Assembly (NCBI RefSeq): GCF_037042905.1
Contig: NC_087251.1
Span: 40,674,001-40,738,000 of the forward strand
Source of the DNA: Lytechinus pictus
Taxonomy: Eukaryota
Reading direction: 5' to 3'
DNA length: 64,000 bases
Shown here: in pieces, positions 52,601-63,639 of the stretch
Position numbering within the stretch: position 1 is the stretch's first letter
Layout: each line of letters opens with the position of its first letter
Notes under the pieces: model-generated
The model's input: the letters and a program-made list of their open reading frames with translations, nothing else
The model's database searches: none
Told to the model about the DNA's origin: nothing
Program-made: the position numbers and the translations under genes

Positions 52601-55600
52601 AAGAAATTCCTTGAATGCCAGAGCGCCTATATGGGCAGGGCAGATAAAGCTGGGGGTAATGACAGCAGCACCTTTTTCATCCTCAGGCCAAAAGGGCTTG
52701 ATAAATCCAACTTGCTATTATTATTATTATTATTATGATAAATCAAATCATGAACAAACATACAAGCACACCTAATATACATGAAACACACATTTTTCAA
52801 ATCTATACGTCATGGGAATGTGCAAGTATTTTCACAATTGAATTGATATTTTAGAATTTTGCTTTTTATTATTTTATTTTTATCGATAGAATGATAAATT
52901 TAGATATTTCATATGAAGGCATACTCAACTGAAGGTAGTTGAAGACTGCCATTGATAATGAGTATTAGATATATTACTTTTTTTATAGACAAACTTTTAA
53001 AAATCAGTTAAACCAATTATAGATTGGAAAGTTGTATTTTGTGATTGCTGTGTTTTCTTGCATTGTTAGCTGTTAAAAAAGGTTACTTTTAGTTTGGATA
53101 GATGAAGCCTGTATGTATGATGACTGAATTTTTAAATGAAGCTGACAGTTAATAAAAAAAGAAGATATTCTACAAATATTCATCTTGTCAAAGATGGTAG
53201 AAACATTCAAAATAAAAAAGAAAACCAGTTGTGTATTTATCGTAATCATCAATATTATTTTTTTTACAAAAAAAATGGAAGCTATGGTATTTGACAGTGA
53301 AGTGGACAAAGGTCTACCTTTAACCCATCAAAACCCAGAAGCAGTAAATTATGCATTAAGTAAAAAAAATACTTTTGCACACCCCCCCCTTTGGTTCCAA
53401 GGCTAACCATTCCAAGTTTTCGGTATAATCTATCACATTTACACATATATCAACTTACATTTCTCCCTATATGCAGGCTAGACTAGAATTCTGGTGGATT
53501 GCTAACTAATCTTATAAAACTCGTGAGAGCTTATATATCTTGAAATAAAATTGAGTCATCAGAGGATACAGAATTGTCCTTAAATTAAAATTTTATGTGC
53601 TTGGATCTATTGATTTTTGAAAAATTTGAAGGATATTGAAAAGAAATTTTGAGGACCAATTGCTATATTTTCTTTCTGTCATCACATTACTTCTTTACCA
53701 GCAATTTACATTTAAATATGATATATTATTGCTGTGATTGTGCTTCATGCATCATCTTAGCTTCGTCAGAAACTTATTCAATTTTTTCTTCAAACTCACC
53801 CATTTCGATAAAGAGACTGCTTTTCATCTTGATAAAAATTAATATCTTAAGGGGGAACTGAATTTGGACGGCTTCCATTCCAAAACTGTTATAGGTCTAT
53901 GTTGCATGCCCTCCGTGGCATATTTTTTATGCATTCATTCATTTTGTGTGTATCATATAGTTTAAAGTCTCTATCGCGGCTCTCTGCCCGCCATTCTTTG
54001 GTAAGTATGTGGTGAGTACGTAGCCACACTTAATGGAAGCTGATTCAACCTCATCAAATTGACTGACAAAATCTCGAAAGACCCAGACAACTTCAGTATA
54101 TCAATTAAGAATGTACAATATGTTTTATTCAGTGTTTGGTTAAAACTTTGTTTGTACCGATCTACATACTCATTACTAATGAGAAGCTGAAAATACTGTT
54201 TCATTCTACAATACAACATTTTCTGAATTTTTTTCATGTGTAGCTACATCAACTTGCATTTATGGAAGTTTGTATTTTTGTTATTTTTCATCAATGGGAA
54301 TTCACTTGATTCATTGAATATTATATCCTTAACCATGTATCAAGACTTATCAGATGTTTAGATTTATTTATTTTTTATATTTTGAGAGTTGATGTTTTTG
54401 AAACAATATTGCGAATAGGTTGAATTTACCTTTTGTATATATTGCAATTTCAAAATCAGTTTTTAGCCCTTCAACAATGAACAGATATATTTCTACTTTG
54501 AATACTGTTATTTGATCCATCTCATTCATTCTGTATAAATGGCGGTATCAATGTTCATCTTTCATGAAGTAGTGTCCTAATTTACTGTTACGCTAATATT
54601 GAATTACTCTGAAAATTTGTAAAGTTTACGTGCTGAGTGACAAGTTTTTACTTACTATTCTACTATATTTATATTTACCAAAAAGAAAATGCTTTCAAGT
54701 GTGACCCCCCCCCCCCCCTCCTATTTGCTGTAAGACTCTCTGTGACCCCCGAGGGCTAAGATTTTTCTTTTGATCCCAATTTGGATAGACCGTAATCAAA
54801 CTTTGTGCACTTTGTGTAAACCTTTTCACCATTTTTTTTCTGTTCTAGCTCTGTATCAAGAAGCATGTATGTGTGAATCATTCAGCTTTATATTTAGTTG
54901 ATCAACATGCTTTTGGTCTTAGGGGCATTTAAAATTTTCAATTTTTTTCTGGAATGGGTTACGGTACAAATAGTGATCAAATTCTAGACTAGACTTGAAT
55001 ATCTCAGGGATGTGTCGCCATGGAACATTTCGAGCGAATAAAGTTTTGAAAGATGGTTCATGTGAGTGAATGGGATATAGGGTTGGGATCAAATTTTATT
55101 CAAGATTTTCTGAAACTGGTTATGGTACAAGTAATATCAAACTTCTCTCTAGTGATCTTGCAATGCGGACCCCGCTTTTGGAGAAAAAAAAGTTTTGACA
55201 TATGTATTCTCAATCAAGTAAATAGACAAAATAGAGGGTACCTGTTTTGGAATGACCAGTGATTGAAAACGTCCTTGATTTAGATTCATTAACATTTTCC
55301 TTCTACATGTATGATAGAAACTACTATTACATTGTTAAAATACGGAGGTTTTTTTTCCAAGAGTTTATAAATTCCTTAATGTGAAGGGTGTTCATGATTC
55401 TACTGTAACTATTGATACTATCGTAGCCTTCATTCACTTAGATCATTTCTATTTATTCCCAGAACTATGAAAGGGTCTGGTAAGCTTATATTCTCTTTGG
55501 GTATGAATTTTTAGGACCCTAATTGAGAATTTGTCAGTTAGAAAATGTGTGGGAGAGATGAAATCGATTCAGTATTATTTTGATGCATTCCAAAATGATA

Positions 55601-58600
55601 TGAAGCTGGGCCTTGTTTAAAGAGAAATACAAATGAGAAATGAGAAAGATATAAGGCAACAATTATGATTAGGGTTCTAATTTGTTGTTTTGTTTTGCTT
55701 CATTAGTTGCAATCCTGCATGAACCTCTCAGAGTCATTGTAAAAATGGCAGAGATAAACATGGCAATTATCCATTACCCCCCCCCATCCTTTCTGTCTCA
55801 TTCATCCCCCCCCCCCTCCCCCACCCTTATCACTCAACCCTAATCATAATTTAACACTGGATGAATATAACTCGCATTGCTCATTTGTTCACACCTCTGG
55901 ATCCTTCCTACATATTAACTTCCCTTACTTCACTTAATCTTCTAATTCTCTTCTTAACCCCATTAGAAGGATACAAATAATATTCTTGGGATACTGTTTG
56001 CATGAGCTCTTTCTTCATAAAAAGGGGATATAGACCTAGCTATATATGGACACTTAAATATCCAGGGTAACTTTTGCTTAACACCAATTCCCGAGATAGC
56101 ATTTGTTTTAATATAATTTGCCACATTTATTTCTGCCATTTATACTTCCTTATACAAGGTATTTCCTTTGAAGCGTGTGTTCATCTTCATCCACAATAGG
56201 AAATAATATTACTTGATTAAAAATGTAGTCTATTGATTTTTGTCATGATGCCACCACAACGGAGATACTGACGGTATATATGCTTTTCTTTCTTTGTTCT
56301 CCCCTGGGTTTACCATTAGGTCCTGGTCTGGTGTTTATAGCCTATCCTGAGGGGATATCTCAGATGCCAATCGCTCCACTTTGGGCCATTCTCTTCTTCT
56401 TCATGCTCATTATCCTTGGTATTGACAGTCAGGTGAGTGTTTGATGGTAAATTGATCAGCACTTGGTCTTCACCAACTTTGTACGTCTACTCTCTGGCCG
56501 TTTGGTCTTATCACACATGGTCTAACCCTATAGTTCATCTACAACTTGTTCATCTACTAACCATTTAGTCTTATTGCCTCTTAGTCCATTAACCATTTGG
56601 TCCAAGTTCCAATAAAGGCTTTCATGGTCTGAAGTCATAGTCTGCAGTGAACTGTATCCTAACAAAATTTTTATTTGGCAAAGTGCATGTCAGACCATCT
56701 GCCTCTATCAATATTATACTAAGTTATAGTTGGACCAAGTGGCGATTGGACCAAATTGATTTTAGACTGAGTGGTTTTAGCCATTATAGTGTTGTACGTA
56801 CTTATATATTTGACCTAGGTTGACTGCAGCACATGTCTGAGAGGGAAAAAAATAATTGTGAGGAGTGAGTTCCAAAATCAAGATCCTTAAAATTCGAAAT
56901 CACAATTCTTTTTTCTCTTTCCCCCATAATAATTCCATTGATGTATGTTGATTTCATTATACCTTCCATTTGGTCTCATCCTACATGGTCTAATCCTAGT
57001 TCATCTACAACCAATATTTTCACTGATTTGGTTTACGGTACACCATGTGGAGTGTTATAGAAACAGTGGATAGAAGAAGAGAAGAATTGGATAGGCGAGA
57101 AAGTGGAGATTTGAGAGTAGAGTATTCTTTCTTGAAAGTAGTCCTGAAAAGGACTGTAAACCAGGAAAGATTGATGAGTTGAGAACAGCTTGAGTAGTAG
57201 AGCTGATGAGGAGATGCTGGCTTGAGTCGGCGAGTAGAGATGATGAGTAGTAGAGAGACTCAATGTTTCGGACAGGTTGACTGTCCGTCTTCAGGAGTGA
57301 GTGTTTTGCTAACCATTTGGTCTAATCGTCATTTAGCCCATCCATCATTTGGTCTAATTTACCGTTGAGATAAACCCATTTCATCTTATATCCACTTGAT
57401 CCAACACACTCTCTACGGTATGATGGAACAGTGTTACGAATCAAATTTTCATTGGACAAAGTAAAAAAATAAGTAAACAAAGTGGAAATTAGAAGAAAAA
57501 AAAGAAAATACAAGATGATAGGACGCTGCTGAAAACCACACATTTATTCAGCTACCGTATAAAGCTTTCGGCTTTTATCCCTCTTCATGGGACCTGGATC
57601 TTCCCCCGGTGTATATATTATGTGTCATGTGTTAATTATAGAGTGTCTTGTGTGTGATATATTCTCCCAGGGGGGCACTTACATTGACGAGTGGATACCA
57701 TGCGCGACCAAAAAAACACGTAAAAAGGATGTCTTTTTCAAGGTAGGGCTCGTTACGTATGTAACGTAATAAGGGTGTCAAAAAGACTAAAATACTGATA
57801 AAGGGGTATCTATTTCGCTAGGAGAGCTACGTTATTAAAGTCAAATTTGCGAGGGTATAAAAAAGACTAAAATGTTTTTATAAAGGATGTACTTTTTGCC
57901 CCAACAGTCATCACTACGTGTTTAGAGTCCGATTTGTGCAAGGTGTGGGAGGTGGGGCCATACCAATGATGTACATGTAGGTAAAGGTAAAACCGACGTC
58001 CATGACATATAACAGTTAAAATATCACTGTACTTGTTAAGGGGTTCAATTCAGGGAACACTTGCCAAGGGTATCGTTTTGTTTCCAATACTTGTTAAGGG
58101 TAGGGTTTCACACGCCAATACAATAGGGGTGCAGTTTCAGAATATAGAAAATACTTGTTTAGGGTGCTTTTCGAGATCCCATGGTCGCGTATGGTATCCA
58201 CCCGTCAAAGGAAGTAGCCCCCCCCCCCCCCCCCCCCCCCGGGAGAGGAATGGGTGCTGAGGTCAACAAAACAGAGCATCCACAACAATGGACTTTGGTG
58301 CCTCGAAGCCCCATCAATAGTATTTACAACTTCATATTCTACCCAAAGCCCCCAAACAACAAATGATAACGATAATATTGCTGAATAAGAAATATCTGTC
58401 TCCAAACAAGTGAATATAAGCAATCCATCACGGTACTTGTGAAGCGTATTATTCATTCAGCCAATCACTATCTGAGTACCACATAATATTACCACTGAAT
58501 AATCTCATTTTCAATTTTGCTTTGCAGATAAAAGTTACCCCCCAATGTTATGACCTTAGTTTTGTTGCAATGTGAGACTATTTGCAGAGAGCAAAGTCCA

Positions 58601-61600
58601 TTTTATTAATTTTAAAGGATTGTAAACGCAAATGAACAATGTTGATACTGGAATAGACCCAAAATGCACTTGCTGTAAATATCAATCTTGAACATTTGAG
58701 CAAGTAAAGTAGAAATTGATTATGGATGGCTCAAAGAACTTCATTATCAGTGTAAATTTGCTTTGAATAGTATCTATTGATGTTTGCTCTTTCTTTCCGT
58801 ACTTCGATATTGATAAAATATATCTGTTTGTCAAATATAAACCCGGATTCCTGAACCTATAGAACTGTAAGATGAAATGACACATATGAATGATTTGCAA
58901 GTCACATCTTTCTTTCAATTGACAGTAAATTCACTTTTTTCAGTACAAATTTAATTTTCATCATTAGTTTTACTTCATTTTCATTAAATTTGTATAAAGG
59001 ATTTTATTGATAATGAGGTAATGGTATTAACTAAAGTAATTTTTTGTAATCGTATCAGCGATGCACTTTATTACAATTTGGAAGAAAGTTTATACTACTA
59101 CATTTGACTAAAAATGAAAATACAGTGTACATCAATCTTGTAGAGCACACATTTTGATTAGATGTTCAAGGTGCTTCAGAATATTAGAGACAGGGAAAAA
59201 ACCCAATTCATCTAATACATTATCAAACTTTAGCAATAGAAAGCAATAAGTTGATTTCTGTCAAAAAGCACTCTTATGCAGGTATGTTTTCAGGTTGCCT
59301 TGGAAGGTCACGGTGGTGATCACTGATATCTTGATTCCCCCATGATTTCTTAGAAACTGGAACTTGTGAAAGATTAGATGCTGACCGGTAAATAAAGGTT
59401 CTCGAGGGTTAGAAGTTGTGTATCAAAGAGTTATTGTAACTGGAGTAAGTTCCATTGATCAATATGAAAGATCAAAAGAAGGATTTTGAAGGAGTATGGA
59501 TCCTTCAGAGGCAACTAGAGAGGACTTTCATGTAATTAGCATCAAATTTATCTGTAGAATTGATTTTAAAGCCATTTGAAGTACAGATTGACCCTTTCGA
59601 AGGCTTGTATTTCTTTGAAACGCCACATTGTCTAGGTAATTAGAATGCACTTGTTTTCATAAGCTATCTACATCTGCTTGTTTTATGTGATTACTTCAGG
59701 AACATGAGATTGATAAGTACTGAGGTCAAGTTAAGATAATGTCCTTACAATCTGTGGTGTAGCCCCATTGCCCAAATCCAGGAAATTGCTTTCAACATTG
59801 TGCACTTGGTTTACACATAATTTAACATATAGGGGATATAAACTCTACTGGGTATTTATTTTCTTTCCTTTTTTTCTAATGCAATTTGTTTGAGTATATT
59901 CCTGTGGTAATATTCTCGCATCCAAAGAAAATAACTCAAACTTTTAACAATTCCTGAATAATGATAATCAATTTTTCTTATCATAAAGTACATTTCTGCA
60001 TCACACAATGTAGTTTTGACCAATCACTAATCAGGATCTTAGTATAATGCATATAAAATACAAATGAAATACAAACCGAGATTCAACTGAAGTAATAATT
60101 TTGATCTATTTAGTTGCATATAATTATCAGGGTAAAATGAGGTTGTGGAGAATCAATGGATTCAAAATGTTAGTATATGTTTAGAATAAATTTTCTGTCT
60201 TAAAGTCAGCTTCCCACTTCTGCTGAATGTTTTGCAAAAAAATTGCCTGAAGTAGGAATTATGCATATATAGATGTGTGTGTGTCAAGTTTCAGGTCACA
60301 TAACCAAAGTCAAAGATCATTGAACTTTGGCCATTTTGGAGGTAATTATTAGATTGCTGTGTTAACTTTCAAAGTTTATAGATATAATTCATAAAATGTG
60401 GATATAGGGGTACATGTAATTGAGTATCACTGACAAGTCTTGGGTCGCATGATCAAGGTCAAATGTCATTTATTGTCAATGAATGTAGTATTGTATCATT
60501 ATATGAATGGTGTTTTTTGTGAATAATTATTTTATAGTAGTTTTCAAATTCAGCACTGCTGCTATATTGAATTGCGCGATGCAGGTGAGACTGCCAGAGG
60601 CGCTCCACTTGTTTGAAACGGAAAATCACTGTCTCTATTGTTGTTATTACCCATTATGATGTTCTTTCCTGTCATCTGGCCATTGTTTTTCTACTTTATA
60701 TCAGTATTTGTAATTTCAAGTTGTGTTCTATTTCTGCTTTGTTTCTATAGTTTGTTGGTGTTGAAGGCTTGGTGACAGCATTCATCGATCTCTTCCCTAA
60801 CTACTTGCTCAAAGGAAGTAGACGCGAATACTTTGCTTTCTTCACATGCCTGTTTTACTGCATAGCAGGTTTACCCATGGTTACATATGTAAGTATTTAT
60901 TTATTTATTATCAATTCCGCAATCACAATACATACCACAATGATTTAGCAATATATGAATTAAAACATTACTTTATCACCCATTGCAAATAACAACAGGA
61001 TTTCCCACACACGCATCTTCAAATATACTAACCAATTATGTTGAAAGAAATGATGGGACACATATGTTGCAAACTGTGATATTTGTGATTATTTCTACTA
61101 GTTCACTGCTCCTAATCAAGATCATTGATGTGAAAACTGGAAATTTCCTGTTTCCATGGATTGTAAGGAAACCTTAAGTCATTCACACAACATTACATTG
61201 CCGAACTTTTAGATTAGTTATCGGTACTTTGACACCATCCTGGAGGTTGACTGTCATCATTACATGGTGGTCACCGTGCTCATGCGTGAACTTTCAAAAT
61301 GGAAGCTAAATAAAGTATTTTGTCATGTTTCGATCCCCACCCTAAAAATGTCTTGAATATTCTATTTTCATGAACTAGGGTGAAATTTGTATACCCTTTA
61401 CACAGACTAGGCAGTTGATGTACATTTCTGTTTGCACACTGCACCCATCCCCCCCCCCCCTATAGCATATTCCTGCTAACAAGTGTATTTCCATGAAAAA
61501 AAAAAGGGTATATAGTATGTTCTGTAAGAAGTTCAATGGTAAACTGAAAGGTTTGACCATATTGGAGTTTACTGTTTCATTATCGTTAAAATTTTGAAAG

Positions 61601-63241
61601 AGAAATGGAAAACAAATAAATTGTGGTATATTAATCAAATATTCCATCAAAATAAGTTCATTTCAATTTTGGGACTTCAAGTATCAGAATACATTAATGT
61701 GTGTATATAGTCATACAGTGCTTTTACATTATTCTATACTTGACATTATAGCCTTGTAAAGTCCGAAACCCTATTTTTATGCGGTCTCTATTATTGGATT
61801 GTTTTGACATGTATTGCGGTCTGCCATATTGGTCTTTCCGGTACATTTATCTGCTAAAACTATCTAGTCTTGTAATCGATGAAGTGAAAAAATATTTGTG
61901 TTTACCTTGGAAACCTGTCATTTCCTTTGAACAGGGTGGAATGTATGTATTCCAGCTGTTTGATAACTATTCAGCCAGTGGCACTGCTCTTCTCTTTGTA
62001 TCATTCTTTGAGAGTGTTGCAATAGGATGGGTGTATGGTGAGTATACATGATCCATGAAAAAACTTCCTACTTCCATTTAGAATATATCCCGTCATTTGG
62101 GATCATACTTTGGCATGGTATCCTATCTGGCACACACGCAACAAAGAAAAGTGCACGTGGGATAAGGGCAGTTTGCCCCCAAAATAACCCATGACCTAAT
62201 AGCTTCTTGATTCAATACGACACAAGGAACTTTAGTAGGAATGCATTCCCTGAACCTCATCCTAAACAGGTTTGTTAAAGACGATGTAAAACCATGCATA
62301 ACCTATATGAACTTTAATTAACCGTTTCATGGAATGGAATGGTATCAGTTCCTTATAACATAGGAAACAATCTTTCTATTCAGTTTGTATTTGAGCTTTA
62401 TCTTCATTCTATCCATGAGAATTTCAGGACAGTCGTAATTAATTGGGCTACCCTACTATTTTACAATGGTTATTTCACCGGGGGGGGGGGGGGGGGGCAG
62501 TCAAATATATTGCTGTACATACGCGTGACCGAGGAATTTTACAATGGTTATTTTCATGTTGCGGTGCCACATCCCCTCTCCCCATACTCCTGTTTGTTGC
62601 TTCCAAGTGGATTAGTCTCCAGACTTTGAAATGGAAGGCTGTGAGTTTGAATCCCAGCAATCGCTAATAATTTCGTACAGCAAGATATTGTTCCACTCGA
62701 GCAAGGTGAGATGAATGGGTACCTGGTGGGATTTATTCCTTTGAATGCTTAGAGCCTATATGGCGGCTCAGCTACGTACAGCCAGGGTAATAATATAATA
62801 CCAAGTATCAGAGCATCGGTGGTTGAATATATGCATATAGTAACTGTGCTAGATAAATGGAAATAATATTCTACCAATTTTTAATCATTGAATAATCTGC
62901 ATTTATACAGTGCTTTGTACATAAGAATACTATTGAATACTCTACTCTTTATATTTCTATGGTTAGAAAAACTACAATGATAATGCACCAGACTTTTAAT
63001 ATTCATAAGGAAAATAAAGTAAAGCACTCTTTCCAGTTTATTTGATATACCATCCATATCCTACCCCTGCATATTCTTTGAATGATTGATGCAATCTATT
63101 TTCTCTCTCTTAATTTGTATGTATCTAGGTGCGGATAGGTTTATAGGCAATTTCCGCACAATGAATGACTTCAAAGGGCTATTTTGTTGTGGCCAATATC
63201 TGAAGATAACATGGCTAATAACCACTCCATGCTTTGCTATG
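28455..63241 (+). CDS. SLC6 sodium- and chloride-dependent transporter, GABA/taurine/creatine subgroup (creatine/taurine-transporter-like); 11 coding exons, 3' end outside window
   Basis: Exons 28455-28695, 31675-31806, 32768-33053, 38978-39116, 46553-46687, 50138-50241, 50753-50877, 56320-56432, 60751-60888, 61935-62037, 63129-63241. All are GT-AG bounded with compatible phases. SLC6 motifs: [75 protein letters not shown]. Confidence 0.96.
31039..31077 (+). ncRNA. Minimal type I hammerhead ribozyme motif (Penelope-like), core variant CCGACGA
   Basis: GCCT-CCGACGA-A-GATTC(TGCTA)GGATC-GAAA-GCT-T-AGGC: stem I GCCT/AGGC, stem II, palindromic stem III AGCT. Confidence 0.62.
31675..31806 (+). CDS. 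SLC6 transporter coding exon 2 (TM2)
   Basis: acag| acceptor; [45 protein letters not shown]|gtaaga; 132 nt. Confidence 0.96.
31904..32018. mobile_element. 115-bp hairpin MITE, hAT-like (CAG...CTG, 8-bp TSD)
   Basis: TSD CATTTCTG 31896-31903 and 32019-32026; arms GGACCGTGACCCGGAG / CTCCGGGTCACGGTCC. Confidence 0.92.
32768..33053 (+). CDS. SLC6 transporter coding exon 3 (TM3, EL2)
   Basis: ttcacag|; [23 protein letters not shown]...[12 protein letters not shown]...EFW; GA|gtaagt; 286 nt. Confidence 0.96.
33985..34128. repeat. Tandem duplication, 72-bp unit x2
   Basis: AAATAGTATGTTTGG...GGGTTGTGAAG repeated near-identically. Confidence 0.9.
34260..34777. mobile_element. Degenerate TTAA-targeting MITE
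   Basis: TTAA-AGGGCAA...TTGACCCT-TTAA. Confidence 0.55.
35108..36475. mobile_element. Tc1/mariner-like foldback element, with a ~280-bp insertion at ~35448-35731
   Basis: GTATCAATAAAAACG / CGTTTTTATTGATAC ends; arms ~35108-35446 and ~36145-36475 are inverted, and ~35760-36140 is also self-complementary. Confidence 0.8.
37118..37790. mobile_element. Second TTAA-targeting (Kolobok/T2-like) MITE family
   Basis: TTAA-AGGGGAATCCA...TGGATTCCCCT-TTAA, perfect 11-bp TIR and TTAA duplication. Confidence 0.9.
38285..38454 (+). mobile_element. 5'-truncated SINE, (TTA)n tail
   Basis: CTCAACCCAGGTGAGGTAAATGGGTACC core to (TTA)n. Confidence 0.85.
38978..39116 (+). CDS. SLC6 transporter coding exon 4 (TM4)
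   Basis: poly-pyrimidine + aacag|; [46 protein letters not shown]; |gtaaac; 139 nt. Confidence 0.96.
39266..39481. mobile_element. TA-flanked CAC-ended MITE with TTGTTTAAA repeats
   Basis: TA-CACAGTAAAAA...TTTTTACAGTG-TA; related fragment at ~11960-12088. Confidence 0.78.
40044..40570 (+). mobile_element. MITE family A (intron 4)
   Basis: TTAA-AGGACAAGTCCACCCC...GGACTTGCCCC-TTAA. Confidence 0.9.
40932..41521 (-). mobile_element. MITE family A, inverted (intron 4)
   Basis: TTAA-AGGTCAAGTCCACCCC...GGGGTGGACTTGTCCT-TTAA. Confidence 0.92.
43312..43672. mobile_element. PIF/Harbinger-like MITE with repeated AATCTCGAGATT palindromes
   Basis: CTGCACCATCCCGAGTTT / AAACTTGGGATGGTGCAG-ACGGCCC-TAA. 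Confidence 0.72.
44755..45290. repeat. Degenerate ~50-bp minisatellite
   Basis: Recurring ATAACT..TCAGGAA.GGTTCCT.TGATGGTTCA..ATCT.TGAGAGT units. Confidence 0.6.
45941..46367. mobile_element. Harbinger-like MITE
   Basis: CCCTTTCACACG / CGTGTGAAAAGGCC inverted ends. Confidence 0.55.
46553..46687 (+). CDS. SLC6 transporter coding exon 5 (TM5)
   Basis: ttctttcag|; [45 protein letters not shown]; |gtacca; 135 nt. Confidence 0.96.
47312..47800 (+). mobile_element. MITE family A, degenerate (intron 5)
   Basis: TTAA-AGGACAAGTCCACC start; decayed GGGGTGGAATTTG end. Confidence 0.82.
48443..49552. mobile_element. Older TIR element hosting the 48493 MITE
   Basis: TAAACCCCTCAAAAAAGTTTGGAAATCTGA / TCAGATTTCCAAACTTTTTGTTAGGAGTTTA inverted ends. 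Confidence 0.65.
48493..48879. mobile_element. MITE with CCGG(G)n termini, ~8-bp TSD
   Basis: TIR CAAATATATTGCTGTACACACGCGTGACCA on both ends; flanks AATTTCTC/AATTTTTC. Confidence 0.88.
50138..50241 (+). CDS. SLC6 transporter coding exon 6 (TM6)
   Basis: tttag|; [36 protein letters not shown]|gtaaat; 104 nt; not in the ORF track in this frame. Confidence 0.96.
50753..50877 (+). CDS. SLC6 transporter coding exon 7 (TM7)
   Basis: atag|; [42 protein letters not shown]|gtaatt; 125 nt. Confidence 0.96.
52449..52736 (+). mobile_element. tRNA-derived SINE, (TTA)n tail
   Basis: TGGTCTAGTGG, GGTTCGGTTCC, same core. Confidence 0.88.
56320..56432 (+). CDS. SLC6 transporter coding exon 8 (EL4, TM8)
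   Basis: cattag|; [38 protein letters not shown]; |gtgagt; 113 nt. Confidence 0.96.
57030..57305 (-). mobile_element. Penelope-like terminal-repeat fragment carrying the hammerhead
   Basis: Interrupts a TTGGTCTA-rich repeat; contains the HHR, a GTCCTGAAAAGGAC hairpin and CGGTACACCATGT, the latter two shared with 37614-37693. Confidence 0.6.
57258..57298 (-). ncRNA. Minimal type I hammerhead ribozyme motif (Penelope-like), canonical core
   Basis: Minus strand ACTC-CTGAAGA-C-GGACAG(TCAAC)CTGTCC-GAAA-CAT-T-GAGT. Confidence 0.75.
57666..58243. mobile_element. MITE family B, uninterrupted copy (intron 8)
   Basis: GGGGGCACTTACATTGACGAGTGGATACCATGCGCGACCA...TGGTCGCGTATGGTATCCAC..(C)nGGG. Confidence 0.88.
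60272..60613 (+). mobile_element. Helentron/HINE-like element 3' part
   Basis: GGTCAC/CAAGGTCAAA motifs; end GCAGGTGAGACTGCCAGAGGCGCTCCACTTGTT. Confidence 0.55.
60751..60888 (+). CDS. SLC6 transporter coding exon 9 (TM8 end, TM9)
   Basis: tttctatag|; [46 protein letters not shown]; |gtaagt; 138 nt. Confidence 0.96.
61935..62037 (+). CDS. SLC6 transporter coding exon 10 (TM10)
   Basis: gaacag|; [35 protein letters not shown]|gtgagt; 103 nt. Confidence 0.96.
62600..62850 (+). mobile_element. Degenerate SINE of the same family
   Basis: AGTTTGAATCC B-box-like; CACTCGAGCAAGGTGAGATGAATGGGTACC core. Confidence 0.7.
63129..63241 (+). CDS. SLC6 transporter coding exon 11 (TM11)
   Basis: tctag|; [38 protein letters not shown]; |gtaagt; 113 nt. 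Confidence 0.92.
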
Positions 63242-63639
63242 GTAAGTTTATGATCGTCATTGTGTCTTCGAAAGATTTATAATTGTACCCTCCACCCCCC
63301 CCCCTCAAAAAAGGAAAAATTATGATAGAGAGAGGAGTGAGAAAAATAGTACTGCAATGTGTAGCTTTACTAGTACATAGTTTATCTACTAAATTGTATT
63401 CACCATTAAATGTCTAAATTTTATTTATTTTGTAAGTCAAGTGACCTATCTTTCCAGGAGTCCATACTATTTTCCTTGAATAAAAGGAAAAATCTAATAA
63501 GTAGGAGATAATACACATATTCAGTCATTCGTTTAAATTTTATTAAAAACATCTTCAGTGTGATGAAACATTGATTAGCACACTCACAGATTGAGGTAAA
63601 ATGGTAATGGTAAAAATGACAAATGGTAGTGATTTTTTT

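Noticed and set aside
53700..55280. Coding-looking decayed stretches in intron 7 (similar at ~58400-59800)
   Set aside because: Many stops and no motif I can assign; would need tBLASTx or HMM searches
57560..57592. Third hammerhead (minus strand ATGAAGA...GAAAGCTT)
   Set aside because: Core mismatch, only a 2-bp stem II and no stem I; at most a decayed remnant
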